Below, in pieces: positions 34,954-36,121 of a stretch of DNA of 36,121 bases. Under the pieces are notes generated by a model. That model worked only from the letters and a program-made list of their open reading frames with translations. It did no database searches and was not told the origin of the DNA. The stretch is from Clostridia bacterium (GTDB lineage: Bacteria > Bacillota > Clostridia > Oscillospirales > CAG-272): the NCBI GenBank assembly GCA_017560565.1, contig JAFZET010000200.1, positions 1 to 36,121 on the forward strand. Reading direction: 5' to 3'. The translations under genes and the position numbers were made by a program. The stretch's first letter is position 1, and each line of letters starts with the position of its first letter.

Positions 34954-35808
34954 TTACATATCCCACACCAGTGTGCCGCCCGCTTCCTTCACGGGAATAA
35001 AGACCGGCGTTTCCGTCCGTCCGTCGGCGGGATTGTTGGGGGAATGAAGGGAGAGATACATCTGCCCGTCCGTGTCGGTGAAGAACATCCCATGACCGCC
35101 GTCGTATTCACCCGTCATGTTTTTTGAGTACAGCAGCACATCCTCCTGTGTCCACTTTCCGTCCACCTGACCGTCTGCGGAGCGTGCGATGCCCACACAA
35201 TACCCTGCGTCATCCCAGTTGGACCAGATCATCAGAAGCTGTCCGTCCGCTGTGCGGTATAGGAAACAGCCGTCTGTCACCTTGCCTTTCGCCCAGGCAG
35301 GCGCATCCGCCCGGAACAGTTCCACCGGCTCGGAGATAAAGTGCGTCAGATCATCCGACAGCTTTGCCGCATCCATCCGTCCGCATCCGTCTTCCGTGCA
35401 GGTCCATTCATGCACAAATACCATCCACGGCTGTCCGTCCGGGTCAACGTAGAACGTACCGTCAATGCAGTCCCAGTCACGGGGCGTGATGTGTCCGGCG
35501 GTGATCTGGACAAAAGGTCCTTCCGGGGCGGCGGATTCCAGAATGGTGCATCCCCTGTGACCGGTTTCACCGGAGAGATAGGTGGTGAACATATAGAACT
35601 TTCCTTTGTACCGGTGTACTTCCGGTGCCCAGCGGCATCCCTCCACATGAGGCGGATCCACGACCACCTGCCCGAGGCATTCCCAGTTTCCGGCAAGGGA
35701 ACCACTGGTGTTTCTGTAGCAGACCCAGCCGGTGCCGTAAGCGTAGTACACGCCGTTTTCCACAACAATAAACGGGTCACGGAGCTGTTTGATTTTAGAT
35801 ACGATCAT
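34954..35808 (-). CDS. glycoside hydrolase family 43 protein (cytoplasmic)
   Basis: RDPF (base), WAPEV, PEGPF, CIDGT (pKa modulator), HEW, TDG.F, DGGHGM.F. Confidence 0.9.
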   Translation of the reverse strand: MIVSKIKQLRDPFIVVENGVYYAYGTGWVCYRNTSGSLAGNWECLGQVVVDPPHVEGCRWAPEVHRYKGKFYMFTTYLSGETGHRGCTILESAAPEGPFVQITAGHITPRDWDCIDGTFYVDPDGQPWMVFVHEWTCTEDGCGRMDAAKLSDDLTHFISEPVELFRADAPAWAKGKVTDGCFLYRTADGQLLMIWSNWDDAGYCVGIARSADGQVDGKWTQEDVLLYSKNMTGEYDGGHGMFFTDTDGQMYLSLHSPNNPADGRTETPVFIPVKEAGGTLVWDM

Positions 35809-35844
35809 ATAGCGAGTACCTCCGAAACAGAGTATTCTGACACC

Positions 35845-35873
35845 AGTATACCAAATCCGTCTTCCGCTGTCAA
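35845..35873 (-). promoter_or_regulatory. sigma-A promoter of the GH43 gene
   Basis: TTGACA-N17-TATACT with TG extension. Confidence 0.75.
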
Positions 35874-35901
35874 GAATACCGGCATATTTTCAGACCTGCA
35901 C

Positions 35902-35931
35902 TTGACAAAACTATGATTGTCATGATATAGT
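35902..35931 (+). promoter_or_regulatory. sigma-A promoter with a palindrome in its spacer
   Basis: TTGACA-N18-TATAGT with TG extension; ATGA-TTG-TCAT dyad in the spacer. Confidence 0.6.
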
Positions 35932-35966
35932 AATCCATATCATTGTGCAGAGGGGGAGAAACATAT

Positions 35967-36121
35967 ATGAACACTTGCAGTGGACATGGTAAGAAGATTT
36001 TTCTCTGTGTTCTGATCCTGATTTTTGCAGTAGGATGCGTCACCGGCGTGATTTTATCCCAGCGGAGTGCAAAGAGCTACACATACATTTATGTGAGGGA
36101 GACCACATCAGGCGAAACAGA
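35967..36121 (+). CDS. 5' end of a membrane-anchored or secreted hypothetical protein (truncated by window edge)
   Basis: GGGGGAG RBS, ATG 35967, MNTCSGHGKKIFLCVLILIFAVGCVTGVILSQ…; frame open to the end of the window. Confidence 0.65.
   Translation, partial: MNTCSGHGKKIFLCVLILIFAVGCVTGVILSQRSAKSYTYIYVRETTSGET

Overview
A gene-dense chromosomal segment of about 55% GC (estimated by eye), most consistent with an uncultured Clostridia (Oscillospirales/Ruminococcaceae-like) gut bacterium, judged from strong Shine-Dalgarno sites, consensus sigma-A promoters and many lipoproteins. It carries about 27 CDSs and one tRNA-Arg(ACG). These include a tandem-duplicated lipoprotein behind an ECF-type promoter, a nitrilase fused to a degenerate GDPD domain, and an AraC regulator followed by an amidohydrolase/DegT-aminotransferase/Gfo-Idh-MocA operon. 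It also has four paralogous orphan solute-binding lipoproteins, GH127 and GH43 glycosidases, two convergent parvulin PPIases, an AAC(3)-like/azlCD operon and a Na/Pi cotransporter. The rest is a lipoprotein serpin, recD2-comF, a Gld-like ABC operon and a SAM methyltransferase. No integrase, transposase or CRISPR array is visible. The best unannotated signal is a complete candidate ribosome-dependent attenuator upstream of the methyltransferase (34675-34903, minus strand): promoter, 30-aa aromatic-rich leader peptide, antiterminator and terminator. The second is a putative AraC-activated amino-sugar/aminocyclitol catabolic module. All family calls come from motif recognition, not database searches.
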